Assembly (NCBI RefSeq): GCF_004010195.1
Contig: NC_057719.1
Span: forward strand, 56,363,079-56,427,078
Direction: 5' to 3'
Source: Chiloscyllium plagiosum
Lineage: Eukaryota
DNA: 64,000 bases
The notes under the pieces were generated by a model, which was given only the letters and a program-made list of their open reading frames with translations, searched no databases and was not told the DNA's origin. Of this stretch, positions 12,601-27,600 are shown in pieces. The translations under genes and the position numbers were made by a program. Positions within the stretch are counted from its first letter, which is position 1; the number at the start of each line of letters is the position of its first letter.

Positions 12601-15600
12601 TTTCCCGCCCAGGATATTGGTGCCCCTCCAGTTCAGGTGCAACCTATCCTCCTTTTACAGGTCGCATTTTCCCCTGAAGATATCCCAATGATCCAAATAT
12701 CGCAATCCCACCCTCCTGCACCAGCTCTGCAGCCACGTGTTCAGCTGCACTTGCTGTCTGTTCCCTGCCTTACTAGCCCATGGCACTTGTAGCAATCCTG
12801 AGATTATTCCTCTTCTCGTCCTGCCGTTTTAGCTTCCAACCTAACTCCCTGTATTCACTTTTCAGGTACTCATCCCTTTTCCTAGCTATGTCCTTGGTAC
12901 CGATGTGTACCACGGCTTCCAGCTGCTCACGTTCCCCCTTAAGAATCCTGTAGACATCTCTGACCCTGGCACCCAGGAGGCAACATACCATCTGGGAGTC
13001 TTGCACAGGACCACAGAATCTCCTGTCTATTCCTCTCACCGTTGAATCTCCTATCACTATTACTCTCCTATTCTCTCCGCTTCCCTTCTGAGCCACAGAG
13101 CCAGATCACTGCTGCAGATGTGGCTGCTGTGGTTTTCCCCTGGTAGGTAAACCCCCTCCATCTCCAAAAACAAAACCGTGTCCAAAGCGGTATACTTATT
13201 ATTGAGGGGATTGGCCACAGAGGATTCCTGCGCTGACAGCCTATTCCCTTTCCCTCTATCATTTTTCGAGATTTCCATTTCTACGTGTATGAAATAAGCT
13301 GCCAGAGGAAGTGGAGGAGGCTGGTACAATTGCAACATTTAAAAGGCATCTGGATGGGTAAATGAATAGGAAGGGTTTGGAGAGATATGGGCCGGGTGCT
13401 GGCAGGTGGGACTAAATTGGGTTAGAATATCTGATCAGAATGGACGTATTGGACCGAAGGATCTGTTTCCGTGCTGTACGTCTCTATGACTCTAATTCTT
13501 ACAGGTTTGTCAGGCATGATCTCCCCTTGACAAAGCCAGTCTGAATCAGCCCAATTTTACCATGCAGTTCCAAGTACTCTGCAATTTTATCCTCAATAAT
13601 GGACTCTAAAATCTTAATAACAACTGAGGTCAGGCTAACTGGCCTCTAATTTGCCATCTTGTGCCTCCTTCACCTCTTAAACAAGTGTTCTGCATTAGCC
13701 ATTTTTCAGCTCTCTGGGACCCTCCCTGACTCCAGTGATCCCTGAAAGACGGAAACACTTAGTAGAAAAAATAGTGGCCATTGTGAGGAACAGAGAAATT
13801 TAAGCGCTAAAATAAATTAAGTAGCCACAAAGGCCAATAGTATTTTGAGTTTTATAAATAGAGACATAGAGTGAAAAAGTGTAAGTTCTCTCATCAGTTA
13901 AACGGTTCTGTGCCTTATAGAAGGACTTTAGAGCAAGAGGTAGTGCACAGTGAAGATAATGGGACGGGAATGAGGAGTAACTTGATGTACTGAGACGGTT
14001 TCCCCATTTCTATGAAGATATTTAATCAAACTAATTAAAATAATGAACGTATGAGTTATGGTGACTGAAAAAATATTGTTTTTGACCGGTGGAGAGTCAA
14101 TGATTTGGATCATCACTTTAAGTTAGGTTCTAATTTGGAAAAAGTTAGTAGAAATTTCCAAGAGTTATTGGAGTGTATAACTTTTGCTACGGGTAGTAGT
14201 TGAGGCAGAAACCTGTGTGTTTTATGAGAGAAATGATTAAACACATGAAGCATGGATAGAATATAAGACAATTGGATTATTCTTGTTATAGCAAAGAGTC
14301 AGTGAATGACCTGTTTCTGTGATTTAAAATGTTATTGTTCTCTGGCTCGTCGTCTTTCAACAAACAACCAGTTTCACTTGGATACCATGTACTGTTGATT
14401 TACTGTCCTTTTGCTGGCAGTCTCTCTGCACATTTCCAAAATAAAAATTTCTAGTTTCAATGTGCTTGCATTGGTACATGGTATGCTATTTTACATCATG
14501 TTTCTTTTTGTTAATACCTTCACTTAATATTTTTCCTAATCCATAATTCTCCTGAAAATTCTCTTCTGTGACTATTTTGTGTTATGGCTGCTGTCATACA
14601 AAATACAACTGAACTTGTGGGCGGCACGGTGGCACAGTGGTTAGCACTGCTGCCTCACAGTGCCGGAGACCCGGGTTCAATTACCGCCTCAGGCGACTGA
14701 CTGTGTGGAGTTTGCATGTTCTCCCTGTGTCTGCGTGGGTCTGCGTGGGTTTCCTCTGGGTGCTCCGGTTTCCTCCCACAGTCCAAAGATGTGCAGGTCA
14801 GGTGAATTGGCCATGCTAAATTGCCCGTAGTGTTAGGTAAGGGGTAAATGTAGGGGCATGGGTGGGTTGCGCTTCGGCGGGGCGGTGTGGACTTGTTGGG
14901 CCGAAGGGCCTGTTTCCACACTGTAAGTAATCTTAAAAAAAAATCTAACTTCTAATGTAATCAGGAAGCTTTTTCTTTCCATTTGGCAGAGCGAATTGAA
15001 AAACTTCAATTAGAACATACTTCTGTACAAAATGAGACAACTCAGTTTGAGACTGAATACAAGACCATTCAGCAGAAGTTAAAGATCATGACAGAATTAT
15101 ACCATGAGAAAGAGATGGAACTTCAAAGGTACAAAGCATGATTCAGGTAGAATTTAAATGAAAATGAATCGTGTAGGAATATGATTACATTAGTCTCAGA
15201 AAATCTGGTTGTATTTAGTAATACGATGCTGATTTTGATGCTTACACTTGGTCCTGATCTTAACTTTAAGAGAGGGGGAATAAGGTGAAATCCAGATCAT
15301 TTCTTAATGTGAGGGAAAATCATGTGGAAACATTGCTTTCTATTCACAAGCGTGTATGTTCAGCAACAATAGTTATGGCCTGATGTAAATGGTTTCTTCA
15401 TGTAATGAAATCACGTATGGTCAATTGAGGTGTGGAAAATAAGAAAATGCTGATTAAAATGGAAGTTAATCGAGTTATTCTTCAACAATTTATGTTTGAA
15501 TTTTGTTTTCATAAGAACGCAAGTCCAGTTGTCATCAGTGCTTTCTAGCCCGTTATAATTTAGGAGGCAATATTCAATCTGTAAAGTTCTGTTTTTCATC

Positions 15601-18600
15601 TACTAAATATCCTGGTGTTGCCTGGTTAGAGTTGATACTTAGAGAGACACCGTTTCCTTCCACTTAATATAAACCCTTTCAGAAACTGAAAATCCCCAAT
15701 GAAAATTCCTAAGTCAATAAATTCCAAAATATTAATGCAGCTACTGATAGCACTAAGCCATCACCGTGAGACATTTGTAATTGTTTTTATTCTTAAATGA
15801 ACCGGTAGAAGGTTGTAAGGTTGTGAATAATTTCTCACAATTGTTGCATTGTACATAGAAATTTGACATTAGAGGAGCATCAGCGTCTACAGAAGGAAGA
15901 GAAGCTTTCTGAAGTCGATGAAAAGATTAATCAAGCAACTGAGGAACTCAATATTTATAGGTAACTGGCATTTTCAGTTGTTATTTAATACCTCATTTCA
16001 GTTTATTTCCAGTACCAATACAATTCTTACTTTCTTTTCAGGCAACGTGCTAAAGATCTTGAAGAAGAATTAGTTAAAACTATACAGTCGTATAAAAATC
16101 AAGTATGTAAGACAAAATTATTGAATAATTTTCACTAGTTTCAATATTTAAAAAAAAATCTTCAATAATGTACCACCATTAAGATCCCCTGCTTCTAAAG
16201 CCCTCAGCACATATTTATAATTAATCCCATTCTGTATTCTTTATAATTCCAGTTCATCCAAAAGTCTGCTGGCTATATCCTATGTTGCACAAAGGGATAG
16301 ATTCTTGGTTTGTGCCAAGGTAGAAGCCAAAGCAGGAGAGACTGGCTGAAGAGCTGTTTCTCATCCTCTTGGTTGTTTTGCTGAGATTGGATCAGGTATT
16401 TGGCTGCCTGTTGGTAGCCAAGCATTCGGGCTCATTAAAAACCATTAGGTCATTTGGAATAGTCCCTCAGATGGCAGGTGCCAGTTTAGGGAGTATTGCC
16501 AGGTTCCAACATTCCAGATAAATCTTTAGACTCTTCCTGCAGTTGAAGAGAGAGCACTTTCCCTCCATCCCCACAATGATAGTCTGGCTGGTAAAAGCCA
16601 TTTTTAAGATTTTTAAAGATTGGGAAGAAGTACTGTCGTTTTGAAGAGTCTCTGTTTTACTTCTACGGTCAACTGTTGTTCTATTCAAGCTGAAAAACCT
16701 GAGAGAGTTCTCCATCTTTGAGAGCTGTAAGGTCAGTGAACCTCAGAGTTTTGGTGCATGAGTCCACACTGCACTTTGCAAGGTAGATGGTCCTGATGTT
16801 TGTTTCTCGTTCTTGCAAGGAATATTCAGCTCAAATCTCAGTTATCCATTACACGAGTGCTAACTGACTTGTTTAGTTCCTAATGTTTAAAACCTGTTCT
16901 GGTTTTGCAGTCTCTATAACTGTAACATTTTCTACCTCTACTTGAACTCTATTTCTCTAACTTTGGTCATGTGCATCCTTCTTCCACCACCCTCCTGACT
17001 CCACCTTCCATTCAGCCCATGCCTTCAGTCATTTTGTACCTATTCTGTATAATTTAGTTTCAGATTCTCTATGCTCTGTCCTATTTTCCTCACACACACT
17101 TGACACACTTTAAACAACACATCTCCTCCCATTCCACCTAATACTCATTCTTTGGCTTGATATTGACTAATCTGATTACACTTCTGAGAAATATTTGAGA
17201 TACTTTTTCTATGTTTAAGGTGCTATATTAATGTGAACTGTTGCATTAAAAATGTACATGATTTTCCCATTATCAAAAGCAAAGACATAATATTCAATGT
17301 TTTGCTTGTTAAATTGAAGTTTATGAAACATTATCTGTTAATGTCAATGGATATAATCATGTTGTCAGATAGGGCTTCTTCATTTGTCGAACAGACTTCA
17401 ATTAAACAAATTTTTGTTTGTGTTTACAGATTGTATCTCATGAGAAGAAAGCACATGATAATTGGGTGAGTTTTGGATGTAAAATGGCGGTTCTGGTTGT
17501 TTAAATTTCTGATGTATCATTTGGTCTGATACAATTTAAGTATTTTGCATTGGTTGTAAGCTGACTTGTGACATCTTGGGTTTGTGAAAGATGTTAGATC
17601 AATGCAAGTTTCTTTCTTCTTTTGTACTTTCTTTCCAGCTGTCACTTTTTTTAGTCCTCCTTTTCTCCCAGCATAATTATCGTAACTGAATATATCAACA
17701 TTTATCGTTTAATGTTCCTGTCCCAAACTTCTCAGAGTAGTTGGTAGCTATGTGTAGTAGATGTCTTTGTGCAGCACATTCCTGAAATTCCTTTCCTGTT
17801 TTACCATTCCCTTATAGAGGGAAAAACGGGTTAAATTAATCAACTGATCATTGGACAAATTTATTCGTTTTGGGAAAATATTCAATTGCCTGTAAGTGTA
17901 CAAGTGAACCGAAATGGCTTTCATGACAGTTGATAGTTCCTTACTGAGGCTAAATCCAGATTTATTGAGTAAATTCAAATTCCACCAGTTGCCAAGGTAG
18001 GATTTAAATCTGTGTTCCCAGACATTGGCCTGTGCCTTTAGATTATAATCCAGTGGCTTTACCATATGCTGTTGCCTCTGAGAATTACTATAGCTATTCT
18101 GTATCAAAGTGATTTCATCTATGACCCATTCTAGGAACCTAGTTACAAGATGTTCTATGATTTTATTTTGATTGCTACTATATAATATTTCTCATTAAAA
18201 GTATGAAATCATTGTTGGAAGTGACATGCTTGTGAAATTACTTAGCAGGCTTATCTGGATTGGTCAGTGAGGCCAATATCCCAGTGGAATATAGAGAACT
18301 AATAAAGGCTAATATTTGCATTATCTGTACTTGGATCATTTTAGAATAAATACTTTTATTTGTAGCTGTCCGCTCGTGAAGCAGATCGAGAGCTTGGCAA
18401 TATTAAGAGAGAGAACATTCACCTTCGACAAAAGTAAGTTGATATCTGTTCCAAAATATTTCAACATGATCCAAAATGAGTTTTTTTTATTTGTATGTGA
18501 TAACAATATTTCTCTAATGTTTATGAAGATTGCTATCTCAAGCTCAAAAATGAGATTTGTTTTGATAAATACATTTTTAGATGTTGATGTTTTTTTAAAA

Positions 18601-21600
18601 AAATTAATATAGATTACTACTGCAGATACTTTCAATGTTATAACCCATATGGATACAAACAGATATCTTGTTTGAAAGTGAATTTGCAAGATAGGAAACG
18701 ACTACAATATTTGAAAGTTTATTGGGTCCGAGATTACCTTCAGAGTTTATGGTTTTTCTCCTTTTAATTTGGTGGGTAGAGGATATAGAAACTGATTCCA
18801 TCAGTTAAAACATTTTTCCCCTAAACCTTTAGATCTATGAAAATGTTTCTCCAGATTCTCTTTCCTAAGTCGGTTCTACTTCAGAAAACAAAATTGTAGT
18901 TCCAGGATTTTTCCTGCAGGCTTCTGAACCTAGCAGTCAGCTGAAATTGGGTCAGAAGCTTGCACTGAAGAGGAAATGACCACCTGAGTGGTTGCCCTGA
19001 GGATAATTACACTCAGTGGCCAGTTGCTGGGCTCACTGACCAATGAAAGACAGGGGTCAGGCCTGTGAAACTGGAGGGCTATTGAGAGTTCCTTTGGCTT
19101 GAAAGGAACTGCAGGTTACATTGGAGGCAAATAAGGAAGCGAGCACTTGAAAATGGAGCTGCGCTCTCTACAACTTCTTTAAATTTAAAGTTTTTGCAAC
19201 CAGGTAATCACTGAGAGGTGCGGGGCAGTCTGAGCTGCTGTATTATAGACAGAAAACCCTCTTACCTACCACTAGGTGACTGAATCCAAGTGGTTCAACT
19301 GACCCTCGTCACCTGCAGAAACCTGAAGGCAAACTTGAAAAGAAAATAGTTTGATCACATTATACTTGTTTGAAAGCTGTATTTTGCCAGTTATATTTGA
19401 AGAGAGAAGTATAGATTTTGGATTTTTTGCATTATCCTAAATATTAAACATTTGTATATTCATTCATCCCTTTTTGCAGTATTGATGTACTGACATGATG
19501 CAGTGTTCATTCTTTTCCTGGCTGTGGGTCACATTGCTGCAGATTGTATTGCATTACTTATATTCTGGATTAGTGGTGCTGGAAGAGCGCAGCAGTTCAG
19601 GCAGCATCCAAGCGCTGCTCCTTGGATGCTGCCTGAACTGCTGCGCTCTTCCAGCACCACTAATCCAGAATCTGGTTTCCAGCATCTGCAGTCATTGTTT
19701 TTACCTCTTGCATTACTTATAGCTGACCATATACTTGAAAAATCCTTAAATAATATATTGCCAGAAAAAACTGTTCTGCACAAAGTGTTTGCTCCCATAT
19801 TGCCATAACAAAGACGACCATAAACATTGGATACATTATTTCCTGACGCTTAAATAGGAGATCTGTTCTTGTAACAAACAAAGGAAAATGTCCCCAGTTT
19901 TTGGTGACTTCTCACACAGAAAGTTACTAAGTAAAATTCGAGTGCATGCGATTGAGAATTAGTTGACAGACAGAAAGTAGGAATAAAAAGATCATTCTTA
20001 GAATGTTACTATTGGGGTACCACAACTGTTCACAATCTGATTTGGATGTGGGGATCAATTGTAATATTTCCAGATTTCCTGATTACACCAAACGGGAGGG
20101 AATGAAAGATTTGAAGCGGATGCAAAGGGGCTTCAAGAGGACTTGGACAGGCTAAGTGAATAGACTAGAACATGGCAGATGAAATATAATGTAGATAAGT
20201 ATGAAGTTATTCACTTGATAGAGAACACAAAGAATATTTCTTAAATGGTAAGAGTTTGGGAAGTGCTATGTCCAAAGGGAGCTGAATGTCTTTGTCCGTA
20301 AATCACTAAAAGCTAGCAGGCAGGTGTAGCAAGTAATAGGAATGCAATCTGTATGTTTCCAATCATTTCAGGGGATTTAATTACAGATTTAAACAACATA
20401 CACTTGTTGCAATGTATTGAGCTGGGTAAGACCTCACCTGGAATATTGTGTGGGGCTTTGAACTCCTTATTCAATAGCTTGACTGGTGAATCTAGAACAG
20501 GCAATGTAATGTCAAGTTAACAGCCAGGCTCTTTAAGACAGATAAGGAATGTCTTCACTCAAAGTAGTGAATCTTTAGAATTCTTTACCACGAGGGCTGT
20601 GAAAGCAAGATCATTGGGCATATTCAAATCAGAAATTGATAGGTGTCTGGAGACTAAAGACATTAAGAGATATAGAGATAATGTGGGAAAGTGGAAATTA
20701 AACACCTGCCTTGACCTAATTGAAAGGTAATGCTGGCTTGATGGGCTGAATAGACTAATCATTTTCTTGTGTTCTAAAAGTATTACTTCGAGATAACCTC
20801 CCTGACCCCCGCCGCCCCCAATAGTTAATGCAGAAATGTGACCCACCTGATCTATGCAAGAATAAATGCTCTGCACCAGCATCTTCCCATCTTACCCTGA
20901 TATACTAGTAACAGTATGTGTTCCTTAGATTCCTTTCCACTTTGTATTTAGCTAGCCCACCTTTTAATATATTTGTTATTGATTTTCACGTGGTAATAAG
21001 TTCCACATTATCACCACACTATAATTTTATTAGTAACTAATTTATATTTATGACCCTTAAATTTGCACTTCTCTGTATTGTCTAATTCCATTGTAATTTT
21101 AAAGATTTCTATTATGTCACCAGTCTGCCGCTTTTATGCAAGTGAAGAGGGACTCTGCCTTTTCAAAGTTAAAAATCACACAACATCGGGTTATAGTCTA
21201 GCAGGTTTATATGGATGTATTAGCTTTTGGAGCACTGCTCGCTGGTGGGGCAGGATTATAAGATACAGAATTTAAAGCAAAAGATCACAGTATCATGCAA
21301 CTGATACACTACATTGCACAAATCTAGATTGCTGTTAAGATTTTCATCTTTTAGAATCGATTGCAGGTTTTGATTCATTTAATATGTAAATCCCAGAACT
21401 TCTTTCAAGTCACATTCCCGAGATAACTTAAGGTTTAATAAAAAAAAATGACATCTCAGCTCAGACAATGCATTAGAGATGTGACGTTAGAATCTGTCTG
21501 AGCTCTGCTCTGAAAGCTAGTACATCCAAATAAACCTGTTGGACTATAACTTGGTGTTTTGTGATTTTTAACTTTCTCCAGTCCAACACCAGCACCTCCT

Positions 21601-24600
21601 CATTGTGTCTGCCTGTTCAGTCATTTCTGATCATGATTCCCTCCGATTTAGTTTCATCCTTGTGATTCTTTGGATTTACAACCTGCCAAGGGAAAGTCCT
21701 TCAGAAAACGTTATTACAGATTCTAGAATATAAAACATGGTCATCAAATGGTGATTAGTATTGCTTGCAATTCAGTGGAAATTAGTGCAGGATCTAAAAT
21801 ACATCATTGGGGTCTGCATTTAATCTCTACAATCCTCTTGATGGTCTAATAGTAAAAATGATTTGGAGATGCAGAAGATTAGAAGAAGCAGCACTTCAAA
21901 AGCTAGTGCTTCCAAATAAATCTGTTGGACTATAGCCTGGTGTTGTGTGATCTTTAACTTAGTAAAAATGATGAATGGATGTATATAGAAAAGAATAGAC
22001 TTTACATTAGAATAAAAAGTTATCCCATAGGGCCTTGTCTTAGCTCTGGGCCAGAAGGTCCAGGTTCAAGCCCCAATTGTCACAGAGGTATGTGGGACAT
22101 GTTAAGACAAGTTGATTCAAATAACTAAAAGTCTATCCTTGTGCCAGCTTTAGGTATAAAGTATGTCTTCATTTTACAGGATAACTGAAGCGGAATTCAA
22201 AATGGACATAGCATTGAAAGGTCCACTTGTCAATGATACGTCTGGAAGGCCAGCATTATTAAGTTCTTCAACACTTGTCCCACCTTACAGAGGTACCTTT
22301 TAACATTATTTTTCAGGACTTGTGAACATTACAACTTAGGAGAAGTTCAAAGCTGATCTAAATGTGGTCTCAACTCCACTTTCCTACATTCCAATAATAC
22401 ATAAGTCATTACTCATACTCTGCCGTTTAAAAATATTCAACAGCCCTGACTCCACTGCTCTCAGAAGCGAAATCCAAAGTTTTATGACGTTCTGAGAGAA
22501 AAATATTTTTGTATCCCTCAAATCAGCAGTATCCTACACATCCCAACACAAACACAGATGTTAGTGTGAGGGAGAAGGAGATTATGTGTATGTGCAGGAG
22601 TGGGTGTATGAGATAGAGGAGAGTGACTGACTAGGGAAGGGCACAATGGAGAGGGATGCGAGGGTAGACAGAAGAGTGATGAGTGTGGGTGAGGGGTCAG
22701 AGTATAGGTGTTGGAGGAAGGGCAAATGTGGTTGAGTTGAGCAAGAACAGGGACAAAAGAGGGGCAAGAGTGCAAGAGAGACTCTCAGCAAATATGAGTT
22801 TAGCTGAGAGAGGGCGAGTATGAGAGTGCATTGATAGAGGGTATGGGAGGCAAGGCCATTGACCACTGATTTATTCAGATTGTTGATTGACTGAAGGTAG
22901 ACAGAAAAATGGACTTGAAGCCTCAATCAGATAAGCCAGTCTTCTAGCAGAGTAAGCTTAAGTGGCTGAATGACCTCTGCTGCTGCTAATTTGTACATTC
23001 TTCTGATGTATATTCAAGAGACTTCACATCTGTGACTTAGTTTATTTATTACACTTTTTGATTTGTCTACGTCTTAATTAAAACCAGAACTCTCTTGATT
23101 TCATGAATGGAAATTAGCGGTGTTTTGTATTTTGCGTATTGCATTGCAGGAAGTTCTCCGTATGGTTCTTCTCCAGTGGGTCGACCTGGCTCTGATTCCA
23201 TGGGCTTTCTGTCACCTCCATTGATAGATGGACCCTTAAGGTTTTCACCTTTGTTTCCTGGAAGACCAGATTTCAAAAGTAATATTATCCTTCATAATAG
23301 TTCAGACTAAGTACTGAGCACTCCAATTGTCATTTTTGTTTAGCTTTCTGAATAGTAAAGTAAACATACAAGTGCTCTTGTGAGCAACAATATGTGTAAA
23401 GAAATTGTTTTGGAATGCAAATTAATTTACAAGATGCAATTCTATAGCGTGTACAGTGTTTATTTGTTAAGAATTATTAGCCATAATATCTAAAATGTAT
23501 TCTAATTTGTTTTAGTGTATCTTTATGTCTATAGCACAAGGTCCATCAGTCCATGCCTCAAATGAAAATGCAGATTCAGTCTCTGACCAGTTGTCTGATC
23601 ACCATGGTCCGCAGTCAGATAGTGGTTCGCTGTCCCCTGTGTGGGAAAGAGAACGGAAGCTCTTGGAGACACCATCAGGTATATAAGGATCTTTATAAAG
23701 AAATTTTGTCTAATTTTTGTGTAATATCAGGCATCAAACAAGGGATATATATATTCTGGAAGTTTATGTGAACCAGTAGAATTACACACTTACATTTATC
23801 TATTCTAGTTATAAAATAATACTGAAGCCATCATTTTAGTATAACACAAATGAATTGAGGAAATAAAGTAAGTTATAAACCAACTTGAGAAATTTGTGGG
23901 AAGAAAATATATTTATGATTGAAATCGATCAAAATCCAAAAACTCTTCATCATTCATACTTCTAAAATTTAAATTTAAATAGGCCTAAAATATTACTTTG
24001 ACAAACGTATTCTTAACAGTGAAATAAAAACAGAGTATGGTGGATGCTTGAGATTTGAAATAAAAATTGACAGTGCTGGAGAAACTCAGCATGTCTGGCA
24101 GCACCTGTGGAGACAGAAACTGAGTTAACATTTCGAGCCGATGTGACATTTCTGACTTTTTACAACTTCTTTGTATTGGACTTGCAATGTTAACTTTTTG
24201 TGTTTTTCTCTCTCTGTAAATGTTGCAAGATCTGAGTTTCTCTAGCATTTTCTGTTTTTATTTCAGATTTCCAAAATCAATAATATTTTGCTTTTATTTA
24301 AATCCAATTTTCATTCCCCCAATGAGAAAAGTATTAGAGCAAAGTGGCTGAAAAATGCAGGCATTACAAAGTCTAAATAACAGTGAAAGAAGATGTACTT
24401 TAATGTTTAAACCATATCATAAATTTATTAGTTAAATTTTTAAAATGTAAAGTACTAAATCTAATTCTGGTATTTGTGCACTCATTTAATTTCTAAATTT
24501 AATCTTTGCGTTCCATTCGTTCATTTTGGGAAGAAGATAATCATATTTTATGGGGTTTTTTTATTGTTTTCTAAACCTTTCCTATTTGGCAAGATTAGTT

Positions 24601-27600
24601 GGTTCACTCCTTTATCATTTCACTAATCCCTTAAAAGTTAAATGAAAGGTTAAGTTCTTTCAATCAGTCACATGGCAGTCTTGCTTTGATCATTCCACAT
24701 CATGTTTTATCAAAGTTGGTAGGTAATCATAAACTATTGTACTGCTACAACAGGGTGCTGAATGTACTTTCTATCCTCTCCATATGTATGTATGGGTGTG
24801 TATTGTGTAGTGTTTGCAATTTGCTAATTTCTCTTAGTACTAAAGAGAAATAAATTAGTCACAGGAAAGTGTAGAAAATCGATGAGGATACCATTGCATT
24901 TGTAATTGTCCTGATATGATAAAACATAATTTATAAATAACTTTATTATAAATTTTTGATTTGAACAGGTGAATGCTCAACGCTGGAAAGTAGCATGGAA
25001 ATTTCAAATTCTGCTCCAGGGAATCAGACACAAGTCCATGCAAGTCTACTTCATGTATTATTACTGTCTTACTTTTTATGCTCTTCTCTCCCCATTGCCT
25101 CTTGCCTTTTAAATGTCACCAAGAACACAAACCATGTATCCAACTGAGAAAATCCCACAACTTCCAACAAGCTTTGTATTTTTAACTTGATTACACAGCT
25201 CATTTTATTTCATTTTTAGATTTATTATGACAGATTAAATAAAGTGTGATCTTTTCTGCAGGGCACATCAAGTATATCTATAAACCAAACCCTACCTACT
25301 GAACCTGACTTTGGAGTTAGACCTGGTTTTGCAGCTGCTTCTGCTAAGCAAATACCTTCCTTACCTTTTGATCCACGAGGTCACTTCCTGCCCAGGGGAA
25401 TTCCACTTCGTCCACGTAGTGGAATCTATGGTCTTCCAGAACACATCCCTCTAAGAGCTTTTGGTTTACCACCTCATCCTGCCATGGGAAGTAAGTATAC
25501 TCATCTATTTATCCATTTGGTGACAGTATAAAATAAGATTATTTGTAAACATTCATCTCAGGTGCTGAAAAATGATCTAAATAGCAGATGAACTATCTTT
25601 AGATGATTGTATTAATTTTATTTAAGTGGGACTAGTTTGGTTTTGGAACATGGTTGGCGTTAACTAGTTGGACCAAAGGGTCTGTTTGACTCTATGACTC
25701 TAACTATCTTCTGTAGGTGAGGCTTGAGTGGCAGAACAAACTCCATTATAGCCAAGACACATTTCTCCCTATACCTACAGAAATTTATGATCCCGAGCCT
25801 CCAGATAAAAGTGCAGTGGAGATAACCATAATTTTGTTAATCCATAATTTACTCATGCTTTCCTGCAACAGATAATTGGGCCTTCATCTAAACTCCAGAG
25901 GTGAGGTAAAGTAATTGCCCTTGTCAACATGGTAATAGTTAATCTGAGTGCATCATCAAGGATCCTCAGAAAAAGATGATTGTGCTTGTTAGAGCTCAAT
26001 TATCCTATTTCCAGGACGTGACTGTTGAGTTTGTCAGGGTACAGTTCTAAGACAAACTATCTTTCCTTCATCAATGATCTTCCCTCAATCTATAAAGTCA
26101 GAAGTAGAAATGTTCTCTAATGATGGCAAGCTTTTCAACACTGTTTGTGTCCATCTGCAATAAGACCTGGACAACATTCAGGCTTAAGCTGTTAAACAGC
26201 AAGCAACATTCATGCCACAACTGCCAAACAAAGACCGTCACTAGCAATAGAGAATCTAACTGTCTCTCCTTACCATTCAGTGACATTATCATTGCTGAAT
26301 CCCCCACCATCTATATCCTGCGGATTATCATTGACCAGAAGTTGAACTGCACTAACCATATAAATACTGTGGCTACAACAGCACATCAGGATTCTAAGGT
26401 GTGTAACTCAGTTCCTGATTCCCCAAAGTCTGTTTGCCATATATAAAGGCACAAGTTAAGAGAATTATGGAATATTCCCTATTTTCCTGGATGAGTATGT
26501 TTCCAACAACACTGAAAGCTTGCTTGATTGGTACCCTATTAACTACCTTAAACATTCATTCCTTTTACCACTGATACTTGGTAGCGATAATGTGTAACTC
26601 AAGGCTCTTTCAACATCAGCTTCCAAAACCCATGACCTTTACTATGTAGAAGAATAAGTGTAGGCAATGCATGGGAGTAACATCTAAGTTCAGTTTCAAA
26701 TTACACACCATCCTGACATGGAACAAATCACCATCCAATCACTGCTGCTCAGTCAAAATCCTAGAACTCCCTCTCGAACAGCACTGTGGATTTTTCTAAA
26801 TGTCACAGACTTTAAAAAACGAACTCACCATCCCCTTCTCCAAAGCAGTTGAAGAGAAGAAAAAATATACTGGCCTAGTTAATAATGCCCGAACATATAA
26901 GGAATCAAATTAAAACCTGTAGAACACAGATTCTGTGTTCACAAAATAAATGGGATTCCATGTCAAATTTCTAAAGACTTATTGGGTGCTTCATTAGAGG
27001 ACTGCCTTCCTAACGTTGGAAGTTGGACCTATTATTGGAATCATAGAATCCCTACAGTGTGGAAACAGGCCTTTCGGTCCAACAAGTCCACACCGACCCT
27101 CCGAAGAGTAACCTACCCATCCCTGAACACTATGGGCAATTTAACACGGCCAATTCACCTAACCCCCACATATTTGGACTTGGGAGGAAGTCGAAGACCC
27201 AGAGGAAGCCCACACAGATATGGGAAGATTTTGTTTGTGGATCAAAAGGTGTGTAAGGATCCTAGGGACAAATTAAAGGCAATCCAACAAAAATGGAGAA
27301 TTACATACGGGAACTATTTCCTGAATGGAGCAAATTGCTAAAATCTAGAGTATTGTAACTTTGTTTATCAAAACTAAATTCAGTAAGTGCTGCTATTAAT
27401 TTAAATTGCAATCAAGTTGAACATATTGTGAGAGTAAAATGGCCCACTTTATCTATCCTGGCCATGAATTTCAGCTGACAGTCTAGGACCTGACCTAATT
27501 GGCTGTTGTAAAATTTAGCATCGCTTGTTGATAATTTGGACCACTATGATCATCATCCTTGGGCATATCACTACAGCCAACGTGGATCTAAAGCTACATA

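Noticed and set aside
14619..14700. tRNA gene (also 51714-51795 and the units at 1655-2590)
   Set aside because: A/B boxes belong to SINE heads or degenerate repeats; no complete cloverleaf seen
19495..19808. ORFs on both strands sharing SGLVVLEERSSSGSIQ
   Set aside because: Consequence of the perfect inverted repeat
23516..23534. Upstream acceptor tttag at 23515 for the MIA2 exon
   Set aside because: 19 nt from 23535 and so out of frame
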